32,000 nucleotides of DNA from Pseudidiomarina andamanensis. GTDB taxonomy: Bacteria > Pseudomonadota > Gammaproteobacteria > Enterobacterales > Alteromonadaceae. Location: assembly GCF_009734345.1 (NCBI RefSeq), contig NZ_CP032551.1:420001-452000 (forward strand). The letters run 5' to 3'. Position numbers and translations under genes: made by a program. A model generated the notes under the pieces. That model did no database searches, was not told where the DNA came from, and saw only the letters and a program-made list of their open reading frames with translations. The first letter of the stretch is position 1. Every line of letters starts with the position of its first letter. This document shows positions 1-8,990 of this stretch, piece by piece.

Positions 1-1
1 T

Positions 2-1075
2 GCTTTAAAAGGAAGTGACGGCGCCGACACTGCAAAGCGCGCTCTTGAATTAGGTGCAACACCCAAAGCACAGTTACGTGTAGGCCAGGCACTAAAGGTT
101 ATTCAAGCTTATTCGGATCAAATCCAGTTTGTGACCGGTGCTGGTGGCCTCGGTGAAGATATCGTGCGTGATCTTGGTTATGTTTGTGACGTCATATATA
201 CCCCTCAACAGTCGCTCACATCGGCGGACGATACGCGTGAGCTAGCGAAGTTATTAGCCGAGCGAGATGATATCGATTTACTGTTATTTGCTGGCGGCGA
301 TGGTACTGCGCGAGATGTATGTGCCGTCTATCCAGCACAACGCCCTGTGCTTGGTATTCCTGCAGGCGTGAAAATTCATTCAGGTGTTTACGCGATATCA
401 CCAACTGCTGCGGGTAAGGTACTTGAGCAGCTTATACTGGGCCAGCTGACCAGTGTGACCAATGCTGATGTGATGGATATTGATGAAGATGCATTTCGTC
501 AGGGCACTGTGCGAGCGCGTCGCTATGGTGAGATGTTGGTGCCAGCTGAGCTGCGTTACGTTCAGGCAGTAAAGATGGGCGGTAAAGAAAGTGATGAGCT
601 TGTACTTGCCGACATTGCTGCCGATGTTATTGAAAGTATGGACGATGATACGCTTTATGTGATGGGCTCAGGTTCAACGGTCGCGTTTATCATGGAAGAA
701 TTGAGCCTACCCAATACTCTATTGGGTGTTGATGTGGTACTTGCTGGCCAGGTAATTGCTAGTGATGCGACGGCGACACAGCTCGAAAAACTCATTGATG
801 AGCATCAGGGCCCAGTGCAGATGATTATTACGGTAATCGGTGGGCAAGGGCATATTTTCGGGCGTGGTAATCAACAACTTAGCCCAGCGGTGATTCGCCG
901 CGTCGGCAAAGATCATATTCAAATTGTGGCAACCAAGGCAAAACTACAAGCGCTAGGGCAACGCCCGCTGCTGGTTGATACCGGTGAACCTGAGTTAGAT
1001 GCCGAGTTGTCGGGGCTTATGCGCGTGACAACCGGCTATCATGATGAAGTATTTGTGCGGGTAGAAAGCGCTTAA
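2..1075 (+). CDS. ATP-NAD kinase family protein (COG3199-type), 5'-truncated by the window edge
   Basis: The frame is open from base 2 (ALKGSDGADTAKRALELG...) into the listed ORF 131..1075, so the real start lies upstream of the window. GGDGT kinase signature present (LLFAGGDGTARDV). Stop TAA at 1073-1075. Confidence 0.8.
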   Translation, partial: ALKGSDGADTAKRALELGATPKAQLRVGQALKVIQAYSDQIQFVTGAGGLGEDIVRDLGYVCDVIYTPQQSLTSADDTRELAKLLAERDDIDLLLFAGGDGTARDVCAVYPAQRPVLGIPAGVKIHSGVYAISPTAAGKVLEQLILGQLTSVTNADVMDIDEDAFRQGTVRARRYGEMLVPAELRYVQAVKMGGKESDELVLADIAADVIESMDDDTLYVMGSGSTVAFIMEELSLPNTLLGVDVVLAGQVIASDATATQLEKLIDEHQGPVQMIITVIGGQGHIFGRGNQQLSPAVIRRVGKDHIQIVATKAKLQALGQRPLLVDTGEPELDAELSGLMRVTTGYHDEVFVRVESA

Positions 1076-1392
1076 AACTGCGATTTCGGTAAACGTACAA
1101 CAATCCCATCTAATTCTTCGGTCATATCGATTTGGCAACTTAAACGACTGTTTTCTTGCGGGTCGACCACCATATCGAGCATGTCTTCTTCCATTTCACT
1201 CGCTGCTGGAATTTTGTTTACCCACGCCGGATCAACATAACAGTGGCAGGTTGCACATGACATGACGCCACCACACTCACCAAGAATACCATCAATCATA
1301 TGATCAACAGCACCTTCCATCAGGTTTTGACCAACTTCGACTTCAGCTTCAAATTCGCCACCTTGGGCATCAATGTATATGACTCGAGGCAT
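1072..1392 (-). CDS. 2Fe-2S ferredoxin (adrenodoxin/putidaredoxin type)
   Basis: 106 aa. Cys pattern C-x5-C-x2-C (CGGVMSCATCHC) plus a distal Cys (RLSCQI). SD-like GGAG (rc of CTCC) lies upstream of the ATG at 1392. Confidence 0.85.
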   Translation of the reverse strand: MPRVIYIDAQGGEFEAEVEVGQNLMEGAVDHMIDGILGECGGVMSCATCHCYVDPAWVNKIPAASEMEEDMLDMVVDPQENSRLSCQIDMTEELDGIVVRLPKSQF

Positions 1393-1527
1393 AACTAAAA
1401 ACTCCTTGAATAATGGTTGCCGAGTGCATTAAAGGCAATCAGGTTACCACAGATTAGTGCGGCAAAAGCGATGAAATTATTGTAGAATACCGCAATTTTT
1501 TAATCAGCAGAGCAAGAGTGGGGGCTT

Positions 1528-2829
1528 ATGCAGGCTTTATTGGAGCGGTTGTTTCAAATCAAAGCGCAGGGAAGTACGGTAAAACGTGAAATTGTTGCAG
1601 GTATCACCACGTTTTTAACCATGGCGTATATTATTTTCGTAAATCCATCGATGCTGAGCGAAGCGGGCATGGATTATGGCGCAGTGTTTGTCGCCACCTG
1701 TTTAGCTGCCGCCATTGGCTGTTTGGTGATGGGCCTGTGGGCGAATTACCCAGTGGCTTTAGCACCTGGCATGGGTCTGAATGCGTTCTTCACCTATAGT
1801 GTTGTTCTTGGTATGGGCTATACGTGGCAAACAGCGCTCGGCGCCGTGTTTTTCTCGGGTATTTTATTCTTCTTACTCTCAGCTTTGCGCGTGCGTTCAT
1901 GGATCATTAATGCGATACCGGTAACACTGCGCTTAGCGATAGCTGCAGGTATCGGTGCTTTCTTAGCGTTAATTGGCTTAAAGAACGCCAATATCATTGT
2001 TGCGAACAACGCCACGTTAGTGTCGTTGGGCGACATGTCGCAACTATCTGTGCTGCTTGCTGGCGCAGGGTTCTTCTTGATTATTGGTATGGTTGCACGA
2101 GGTATTCAAGGTGCAGCGCTGATTAGTATACTTTTAGTGACCTTGGCCGGATTTTTGCTTGGTGATGTGCAGTACAATGGTATTGTTGCAGCGCCACCGA
2201 GCTTGGCACCAACGTTTATGCAAATGGACATTGCTGCAGCGTTTGATGTGGGCATGTTGAGCGTTATTTTTGCGTTCTTGTTTGTTGATTTGTTTGATAC
2301 GTCGGGCACTTTAATGGCCGTTGCCCAGCGTGCAGGGTTATCGAAGCCGGACGGCTCATTGCCACGTTTAGAACGTGCGTTGATGGCTGATAGTACAGCC
2401 ACAATTGCAGGTGCGGCGTTAGGTACATCAACCACAACCAGCTATGTCGAATCCGCATCAGGCGTTGCCTCAGGCGGTAAGACGGGTCTTACTGCTGTGG
2501 TGGTTGGTCTACTATTTATTTTGGCAATATTTTTCGCGCCATTAGCAGGTATGGTTCCCGCTTATGCAACGGCCGGCGCAATTATTTATGTCTCGGTACT
2601 GATGCTGTTTACGCTTCGTTCAGTAGATTGGGACGATATTACGGAAGCGGCTCCGGTAGCTGTTGTGCTACTGATGACGCCATTAACCTTCTCAATCGCT
2701 GACGGCATCGCGCTTGGTTTTATTAGCTACGTTGTGGTGAAAGCGCTCGGAGGCAAAATCCGTGAACTAAATTGGAGTGTTGCCGTATTAGCAGCGCTGT
2801 TTGTCGCTAAATTTATTTGGTTGGGGTAA
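1528..2829 (+). CDS. NCS2/AzgA-family purine (adenine/guanine/hypoxanthine) permease
   Basis: 433 aa polytopic membrane protein. The N-terminus ([35 protein letters not shown]) is typical of the AzgA/GhxP/AdeQ group. It is followed 5 nt later by gpt. Confidence 0.85.
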   Translation: MQALLERLFQIKAQGSTVKREIVAGITTFLTMAYIIFVNPSMLSEAGMDYGAVFVATCLAAAIGCLVMGLWANYPVALAPGMGLNAFFTYSVVLGMGYTWQTALGAVFFSGILFFLLSALRVRSWIINAIPVTLRLAIAAGIGAFLALIGLKNANIIVANNATLVSLGDMSQLSVLLAGAGFFLIIGMVARGIQGAALISILLVTLAGFLLGDVQYNGIVAAPPSLAPTFMQMDIAAAFDVGMLSVIFAFLFVDLFDTSGTLMAVAQRAGLSKPDGSLPRLERALMADSTATIAGAALGTSTTTSYVESASGVASGGKTGLTAVVVGLLFILAIFFAPLAGMVPAYATAGAIIYVSVLMLFTLRSVDWDDITEAAPVAVVLLMTPLTFSIADGIALGFISYVVVKALGGKIRELNWSVAVLAALFVAKFIWLG

Positions 2830-2834
2830 TCATT

Positions 2835-3320
2835 ATGGGATGGCATTCAAATCGCGAGTTTTTCGTATCGTGGGAAGAGTTGCATCGAGCAACAAAGGAA
2901 CTGGCTCGTCGTCAGTTACCTGCTGAACAATGGCGCGGCATTATTGCCGTTAGCCGTGGCGGGTTAGTTCCGGCGGCAATTGTGGCACGTGAGCTCAATG
3001 TTCGTGTTGTCGACTCGGTTTGCGTGAGTTCATACGATCATGACAGCCAACGCGACAGCGTAACCATGCTGAAAGATGTGAACGCAACCGACGACGGAGA
3101 AGGCTTCTTGGTTATTGACGACTTGGTTGATACCGGTAATACCTTGAAGTTTTTACGTGAGCGTTTTCCAAAAGCGAAATTCATCACAGTTTATGCAAAG
3201 CCAGCAGGTATGCAATTAGTGGATGATTATGTTGCAGACCTTGAGCAAGAAACTTGGATTCACTTCCCTTGGGATATGCATTTGCATTATGTGGAGCCAT
3301 TAGCGGGTTCTGAGAGTTAA
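2835..3320 (+). CDS. gpt: xanthine-guanine phosphoribosyltransferase
   Basis: Near-collinear with E. coli Gpt ([36 protein letters not shown]...[16 protein letters not shown]...AKPAG..LVDDYV). The ATG at 2835 is preferred over the listed TTG at 2817, which would overlap the permease. Confidence 0.92.
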   Translation: MGWHSNREFFVSWEELHRATKELARRQLPAEQWRGIIAVSRGGLVPAAIVARELNVRVVDSVCVSSYDHDSQRDSVTMLKDVNATDDGEGFLVIDDLVDTGNTLKFLRERFPKAKFITVYAKPAGMQLVDDYVADLEQETWIHFPWDMHLHYVEPLAGSES

Positions 3321-3349
3321 TAATTTAACTCTTTGATTGCAATGAAAAC

Positions 3350-3380
3350 AAAAAAGCCCGAATTGAATTCGGGCTTTTTT
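3350..3380. terminator. Bidirectional Rho-independent terminator between gpt (+) and proS (-)
   Basis: AAAAAAGCCCGAATTGAATTCGGGCTTTTTT: a GC-rich inverted repeat (GCCCGA...TCGGGC) flanked by an A-run and a T-run. Confidence 0.85.
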
Positions 3381-3406
3381 ATTCCAACGCTAACAGATGT
3401 GAGCGA

Positions 3407-5113
3407 TTAAAGCTGGTTTTGCAAATGCTGCAGAACTGAATCAATCGCTACTTTTTCTTTCTCGCCACTACGACGCGATTTGTACTCAACCGCTTGCTCA
3501 TCAAGGTTACGCTCACCAATCACGATTTGGTGCGGAATACCGATAAGTTCGAGGTCGGCAAACATCGCGCCTGGGCGCTCTTTGCGGTCATCAAACAAAA
3601 CATCGATACCAGCAGCGGTTAGCTCGGCGTAAAGCTTCTCAGCAACTTCTTGTACGCGTGCCGATTTGTGCATATTCATCGGTACCAACGCGACTTGGAA
3701 CGGCGCTAATGCGTCAGGCCAGATGATGCCGTATTGATCGTGGTTCTGCTCAATTGCTGCAGCAACAATACGAGATACGCCGATACCGTAACAACCCATG
3801 GTCAAGGTTTCGTGCTTACCGGTTTCGGTTAATACGCCAACTTTCATGGCTTCTGAATATTTCTTACCAAGTTGGAAAATATGACCGACTTCAATGCCGC
3901 GTTTAATTTGCAGTGTGCCGTGACCACATGGGCTTGGGTCACCGGCAACAACGTTACGCAAATCAAAGGTTTCTGGCAGAGCGACATCACGCTCCCAGTT
4001 GATATTAAAGTAGTGGAAGCCGTCATCGTTGGCACCGGCAGCGAAATCAGCCATAACCGCAACACTGCGATCAATAATGACAGGCATTGATAGGCCAACT
4101 GGGCCTAATGAACCAGGACCAGCGCCAATCGCTGCACGAATTTCTTCATCCGTTGCAAACACCAGCGGGCTTGCTACCAACTCGTGTTTGGCGGCTTTAA
4201 TTTCGTTGAGTTCGTGATCACCTCGAATGATCAACGCTACCAGTTTGCCTTCTTCAGTGCCGTGCACAATGAGTGTTTTGACGGTTTTCTCAACTGGCAC
4301 CTGGAATTGCTCAACCAATGCTGCAATGGTTTTTGCTTCTGGCGTAGCAACTTTCTCCATTTCCGCCGATGGCGCAGGGCGCGCAGTAGTAGGCGCTACG
4401 GCTTCAGCCATTTCCACGTTAGCGGCGTAATCAGAGCTGTCTGAAAACGCAATGTCATCCTCACCAGAGCTCGCTAACACATGGAACTCATGCGATGAGC
4501 TACCACCAATGGAACCGGTATCTGCAATAACCGGACGATAATCGAGACCGAGGCGCTCGAAGATGCGGCAGTAGGCTGCATGCATCACGTCATAGGTTTG
4601 CTGCAGGCTGTCTTGGTCTAAGTGGAACGAGTACGCATCTTTCATGATGAACTCACGTGAACGCATCACCCCAAAACGCGGGCGAATTTCGTCACGGAAT
4701 TTGGTCTGAATTTGGAACAAGTTCAGTGGCAACTGTTTGTAGCTGCTAATTTCTTTACGTGCTAATTCGCTGATGACTTCTTCATGAGTTGGGCCTAAAA
4801 CGAAGTCACGGTTATTTCGGTCGTGTAAACGAAGTAGCTCAGGGCCGTAGTCATTCCAACGACCAGACTCTTCCCACAAATCAGCGGGCTGAACCATTGG
4901 CATAAGAACTTCTAGAGCACCGGCGCGTTCCATTTCTTCGCGAACAACACGTTCCACTTTGCGCAGCACACGCAATCCGGTTGGTGTCCACGTATAGAGG
5001 CCGGCGGCAACTTTACGAATCATACCGGCGCGCAGCATCAATTGATGGCTGATAACTTCTGCGTCGGCAGGTGTTTCTTTTAATGTTCCTAATAAATATT
5101 GGCTGGTACGCAT
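3407..5113 (-). CDS. proS: proline--tRNA ligase
   Basis: [34 protein letters not shown]... is almost identical to the E. coli ProS N-terminus. The ATG at 5113 is preferred to the listed upstream TTG at 5134. Confidence 0.97.
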   Translation of the reverse strand: MRTSQYLLGTLKETPADAEVISHQLMLRAGMIRKVAAGLYTWTPTGLRVLRKVERVVREEMERAGALEVLMPMVQPADLWEESGRWNDYGPELLRLHDRNNRDFVLGPTHEEVISELARKEISSYKQLPLNLFQIQTKFRDEIRPRFGVMRSREFIMKDAYSFHLDQDSLQQTYDVMHAAYCRIFERLGLDYRPVIADTGSIGGSSSHEFHVLASSGEDDIAFSDSSDYAANVEMAEAVAPTTARPAPSAEMEKVATPEAKTIAALVEQFQVPVEKTVKTLIVHGTEEGKLVALIIRGDHELNEIKAAKHELVASPLVFATDEEIRAAIGAGPGSLGPVGLSMPVIIDRSVAVMADFAAGANDDGFHYFNINWERDVALPETFDLRNVVAGDPSPCGHGTLQIKRGIEVGHIFQLGKKYSEAMKVGVLTETGKHETLTMGCYGIGVSRIVAAAIEQNHDQYGIIWPDALAPFQVALVPMNMHKSARVQEVAEKLYAELTAAGIDVLFDDRKERPGAMFADLELIGIPHQIVIGERNLDEQAVEYKSRRSGEKEKVAIDSVLQHLQNQL

Positions 5114-5183
5114 GTGATCCTCAAATTCCAGCAAAATTCCAATGGTGTAATTAACTTGAAATTCTATCAGTAGCGGCGCTGTG

Positions 5184-5912
5184 TCAAAAGCCTTTACTGA
5201 TACTTATTACATGATTTTCTTGATTCAGCACGCGCCAACGAATATTCACGTTGTATAGCGTCATGCCGTATTCGCGGTCAGCGTCGTCGTGTTGTTGATA
5301 CGCGGGGCGAGGATCTTGTGCTAGCACCTGCGTTATGAGTGCCTGTAATTCCGGATAGTGAGGCATCAACTGTTGCAATTCTTCTCGTGCTTGATCACTA
5401 AAAGTAGTCATCAAATTTTTCTCTGGCGCGGTTGGTGCAAATCCGCCAGTAGCCGCTTGTATAGCATCGGCGTAGGGCACGTAAGGCTTGATATCAATCA
5501 CCGGTGTGTGATTTACCCAATCTGCACCTTGCACCTCAATAATGGTTTGTTTGTCTTGATGTTTGATATCGATAATTTGAACTACCGACATACCAATATT
5601 GTTTGGGCGGAACGTCGAGCGGGTGGCGAACACGCCGCGTTTCTCATTGCCACCAAGGCGCGGAGGGCGTACCAGAGGTTTCCAGCCCTGAGCTGTGGTT
5701 TGGTGAAATAAAAATAAAACCCAAATATGGGAGAACTCTTTTAGGCCGCGAACGCAATCAGGATGTCCATAGTCACCTTGCAACACGATGCGGGCTCTTG
5801 CCGCAGGTACGAGCCCAGGTTGTCGTGGTACGGCAAACTTCTCCGGGTAGGGTGATTCAATGAATCCTATCGGTTCAATGGTATGAGAAGTCATAATCGA
5901 ATGCTCGGACAT
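5184..5912 (-). CDS. trmO: tRNA (N6-threonylcarbamoyladenosine(37)-N6)-methyltransferase TrmO (YaeB/TsaA family)
   Basis: [20 protein letters not shown]...[12 protein letters not shown]...[28 protein letters not shown]...IDIKPYVPY matches E. coli YaeB. Adjacency to proS is the same as in E. coli. Confidence 0.9.
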   Translation of the reverse strand: MSEHSIMTSHTIEPIGFIESPYPEKFAVPRQPGLVPAARARIVLQGDYGHPDCVRGLKEFSHIWVLFLFHQTTAQGWKPLVRPPRLGGNEKRGVFATRSTFRPNNIGMSVVQIIDIKHQDKQTIIEVQGADWVNHTPVIDIKPYVPYADAIQAATGGFAPTAPEKNLMTTFSDQAREELQQLMPHYPELQALITQVLAQDPRPAYQQHDDADREYGMTLYNVNIRWRVLNQENHVISISKGF

Positions 5913-6130
5913 GGTTCGTGTATCTGGTCGAATTAAATTTGTGTTATTTGAGCATAATTTTGTGATTTTGACTAATTTATGATGAGAATCTCAGCATGGA
6001 ATATTGAGTAACGTCTTGAAATTAAAGGGGTAAATAATTGGCATGATAATTGCTTTATAAACTTCGAGTGAATTTTTTACGTCCTATGAAGACGATGATG
6101 ACAACATTAATAATTACGGAGACAACAACA

Positions 6131-6778
6131 ATGAACCGTCAACGCACCACTTGGAGTATTGCTTTAGGAATGATCGCTGGTATTACCGTGATCAGCTTGC
6201 CATTTACAGCTTCTGCGCAACAACACGAAAAGCACATCGCTGCTGAATACACCGTAACCAATGCAACGGAAGTTAGTTTTGACTCTGGCGTAGGAACCAT
6301 TACGTTTGAGCGCACTGAAGGCGATGTGATGGAAGTATCTATTCGTGCCTATAAAGATGATGACACTGTTTTTGACAAAGAAGGTAATGTTGAAGACGCT
6401 GAGCTTATTGCTGAGCAAGCAGGTGATCAATTAACACTTCGTGTGCCAAAGCAAGACGGTATTCAATTGGATTGGGTTGTTAAACTACCGAAAGTTAGCC
6501 GCGTTGAGACCGATCTTGGTGTGGGTGAAATTAGTGGGAATTTGTGGACCACGAACATCAACATTGACCTGGGTGTTGGTGAAGTTGATTTAGATATTTA
6601 CGGCGACTATAAAACAATTAAAACGGATATTGGTGTTGGTGATAGCACAATTAGAGGGTTAGGCAATATTGAAAATAATCGCTTTTTAATGACAGCGAAT
6701 AGCCGAGCTAATTCTGACGGAAAACATCGAGTCAGTGTGGATGCTGGTGTGGGTGATGTGAATATTACCGTTCATTAA
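6131..6778 (+). CDS. secreted DUF4097-like repeat protein (putative beta-helical/adhesin-like)
   Basis: The ATG at 6131 is preceded by GGAG and gives a signal peptide (MNRQRTTWSIALGMIAGITVISLPFTASA). There are five D/x-x-GVG-[DET] repeats (DSGVGTI, DLGVGEI, DLGVGEV, DIGVGDS, DAGVGDV). The listed start at 6050 is an in-frame extension with no SD. Confidence 0.7.
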   Translation: MNRQRTTWSIALGMIAGITVISLPFTASAQQHEKHIAAEYTVTNATEVSFDSGVGTITFERTEGDVMEVSIRAYKDDDTVFDKEGNVEDAELIAEQAGDQLTLRVPKQDGIQLDWVVKLPKVSRVETDLGVGEISGNLWTTNINIDLGVGEVDLDIYGDYKTIKTDIGVGDSTIRGLGNIENNRFLMTANSRANSDGKHRVSVDAGVGDVNITVH

Positions 6779-6796
6779 TTTTAAATAGTGAAATAA

Positions 6797-6822
6797 AAAG
6801 CCCCGCTTAGCGGGGCTTTTTT
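6797..6822. terminator. Bidirectional Rho-independent terminator between the DUF4097-like gene (+) and hns (-)
   Basis: AAAAAGCCCCGCTTAGCGGGGCTTTTTT: an 8-bp GC stem (AGCCCCGC/GCGGGGCT), a 3-nt loop, and flanking A- and T-runs. Confidence 0.9.
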
Positions 6823-6824
6823 GT

Positions 6825-7226
6825 TTAAATGAGAAAGTCTTCTAAAGATTTACCGGAATCGACAGCTGCTTTTAATGCTTTAGGCATGCGACCTTGTCCG
6901 GTCCAAGTTACGCGGTTACCATCGTTATCGGTAATTTCGTATTTTGGTGGTTTTGGCGTACGTTTGGTTTTTACTTTTGCTGTGACTGAAGGCTCACCAA
7001 CTAATTCGGCTAAATCAATTCCAGCTTCATCAATAAAGCGTTTTACTTCTTCGATTTTTCGCTGTTTTTCTACTTCAAGCTTTTTAAGCTCGGCCTCTTC
7101 TTCTTTCCGCTCTTCAATAACTTTATTTAATTTTTCGCGTACTTCTTCTAGTTCAGTGACAGATAGTTCCTTTACTGCTGCCTTTAAACGTCGTCCATGG
7201 TTTAAGATTTTTAAAAACTCGCTCAT
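6825..7226 (-). CDS. hns: H-NS family nucleoid-associated DNA-binding protein
   Basis: 133 aa. N-terminal coiled coil rich in E/K. The C-terminal TWTGQGRMPK motif is the H-NS DNA-binding signature. A very AT-rich 117-bp region lies upstream. Confidence 0.9.
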   Translation of the reverse strand: MSEFLKILNHGRRLKAAVKELSVTELEEVREKLNKVIEERKEEEAELKKLEVEKQRKIEEVKRFIDEAGIDLAELVGEPSVTAKVKTKRTPKPPKYEITDNDGNRVTWTGQGRMPKALKAAVDSGKSLEDFLI

Positions 7227-7343
7227 AGTTAGTCCAAATTATTAACAATGTGTGTAATTAATTTAATACGAAGTTTATTAAGACGACAATCTTAAAAATT
7301 TGTCTTAAATATCTTACACACAAAGTTAATTTAATTAAATGAA

Positions 7344-8987
7344 TTACATATTTGGATAATTTGGTCCGCCAGTTCCTTCTGGTGTTACCCAAGTTATATT
7401 CTGTGACGGATCTTTAATGTCACATGTTTTACAGTGAATACAGTTTTGCGCATTAATTTTAAATACGGCTTCACCGTTTTCCTCAACCACTTCATATACA
7501 CCCGCAGGGCAGTACCGTTGTGCGGGCTCGGCGTATTCTGGAAGGTTTACTGTTAATGGAATTGAGTTATCCTTCAATTGAAGATGACACGGTTGGTCTT
7601 CTTCATGGTTCGTATTCGATAAAAATACCGAGGATAAACGATCGAAGGTTAATTTATTATCCGGTTTCGGATAATCCAACGGTTTGCATTCACTCGCTTT
7701 ACGCATTTGGCTGTGGTCAGTGCTCTCATCTTTAATGGTGAACGGTAATTTTCCACCGAACCAATTTTGGTCAACCGTGTTGTAAGCCCCGCCCAATATG
7801 GTGCCGAATTTGTGAACGGCTGGCCCAAAGTTACGTGAACAATACAGTTCTTCATAGAGCCATGACTTTTCAAAGCGCTCAGCGAAATCTTGCAACTCAA
7901 CAGGGGTTTCATCGTGTTGTAATGCTGCGAAGATGCTCTCGGCGGCTAACATGCCTGATTTCATTGCGGTGTGGTTGCCTTTGATTTTGGCAAAGTTGAG
8001 CGTACCGGCGTTGCAGCCAACCAAAACCCCCCCTGCAAACGTCATTTTCGGTAAGGCATAGAAACCACCTTTGGCAATAGCACGTGCGCCATAGGTGACA
8101 CGTTTGCCGCCTTTGAGCGTTTTTGCTATTTCAGAATGCGTTTTAAATTTTTGGAATTCGCCAAATGGGTTTAAGTACGGATTGCGGTAATTCAAATCGA
8201 CAATTAAGCCCACATACACTTGGCCATCTTCAGCGTGGTACAAGTAGCCACCACCGCTAGCATCGTCAGTAAGCGGCCAACCGGTGGTATGAACAACCAG
8301 TCCTGGCTGGTGTTGTTCTGCTGGAATATCCCATATCTCTTTGAAACCAATTGCGTAGTGTTGCGGTGATTTGCCTTCAGTGAGGTTGAATTGCTCTTGC
8401 AAACGCTTACCTAGATGACCTCGGCAACCTTCTGCGAAAACCGTGTATTTTGCGCGAAGCTCCATGCCAGGTTCAAAACCAGGTTTTTGTTCGCCTTTAC
8501 TGTCTATGCCCATATCGCCGGTAATGATGCCTGCGACACGATCATCTTCTAAAATAATGTCAGCGGCGGGGAAGCCAGGGAATATTTCTACTCCAAGTTG
8601 CTCAGCCTGTTCTGCTAACCAACGACAGACGTTCCCCATACTGGCGATGTAATTGCCTTTATTGTGGAATGTCTTTGGCACCATGAAACCGGGTAACTTC
8701 GTTGCTTTCTCGGCGCTCTTCAATAACATTATGTCGTCGCCAGTTACTTCCGTGTTGAGTGGCGCACCGCGCTCTTTCCAATCAGGGAACAATTCGTTCA
8801 ACGCCCGCGGTTCAAATACGGCACCCGATAAAATATGGGCGCCTACTTCAGAGCCTTTTTCGACCACACAAATCATTAATTCTTGATCGTTTTCTTGTGC
8901 CTGCTGGGCAAGGCGTATGGCGCAGCTTAAACCCGCAGGGCCTGCACCAACTACTACGACATCAAATTCCATACTTTCGCGTTGCAT
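7344..8987 (-). CDS. etfD: electron transfer flavoprotein-ubiquinone oxidoreductase (ETF-QO)
   Basis: 547 aa. FAD fold DVVVVGAGPAGLSCA. C-terminal 4Fe-4S cluster region (CPAGVYE...NCIHCKTCDIKDP...ITWVTPEGTGGPNY) is typical of ETF-QO. Confidence 0.93.
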   Translation of the reverse strand: MQRESMEFDVVVVGAGPAGLSCAIRLAQQAQENDQELMICVVEKGSEVGAHILSGAVFEPRALNELFPDWKERGAPLNTEVTGDDIMLLKSAEKATKLPGFMVPKTFHNKGNYIASMGNVCRWLAEQAEQLGVEIFPGFPAADIILEDDRVAGIITGDMGIDSKGEQKPGFEPGMELRAKYTVFAEGCRGHLGKRLQEQFNLTEGKSPQHYAIGFKEIWDIPAEQHQPGLVVHTTGWPLTDDASGGGYLYHAEDGQVYVGLIVDLNYRNPYLNPFGEFQKFKTHSEIAKTLKGGKRVTYGARAIAKGGFYALPKMTFAGGVLVGCNAGTLNFAKIKGNHTAMKSGMLAAESIFAALQHDETPVELQDFAERFEKSWLYEELYCSRNFGPAVHKFGTILGGAYNTVDQNWFGGKLPFTIKDESTDHSQMRKASECKPLDYPKPDNKLTFDRLSSVFLSNTNHEEDQPCHLQLKDNSIPLTVNLPEYAEPAQRYCPAGVYEVVEENGEAVFKINAQNCIHCKTCDIKDPSQNITWVTPEGTGGPNYPNM

Positions 8988-8990
8988 AAT

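Noticed and set aside
1393-1527. Possible purine riboswitch or PurR box upstream of the purine permease-gpt pair
   Set aside because: I could not find the conserved purine-riboswitch junction sequences or a CGCAAACGTTTGCG-like PurR palindrome. Only generic AT-rich promoter-like sequence is present.
5114-5134. Upstream alternative starts given by the ORF track: proS at 5134, gpt at 2817, the DUF4097-like gene at 6050, the hydrolase at 30046, the AraC gene at 23375
   Set aside because: Each extension uses a non-ATG or SD-less start, or overlaps the preceding gene. Homology to E. coli proteins (ProS, Gpt) or signal-peptide/SD placement supports the downstream ATGs used in the feature list.
6829-7245. 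138-aa plus-strand ORF covering the same DNA as hns
   Set aside because: Its product is a low-complexity Ser/Phe-rich sequence with no recognisable motif. The opposite strand encodes a textbook H-NS with the TWTGQGR motif. It is the antisense shadow of hns.
7278-7308. Inverted repeat TTAAGAC-N17-GTCTTAA downstream of etfD, a possible terminator
   Set aside because: It is a 7-bp AT-rich stem with a 17-nt loop and no following T-run on the minus strand, so too weak to call. It may simply be part of the AT-rich hns promoter region.
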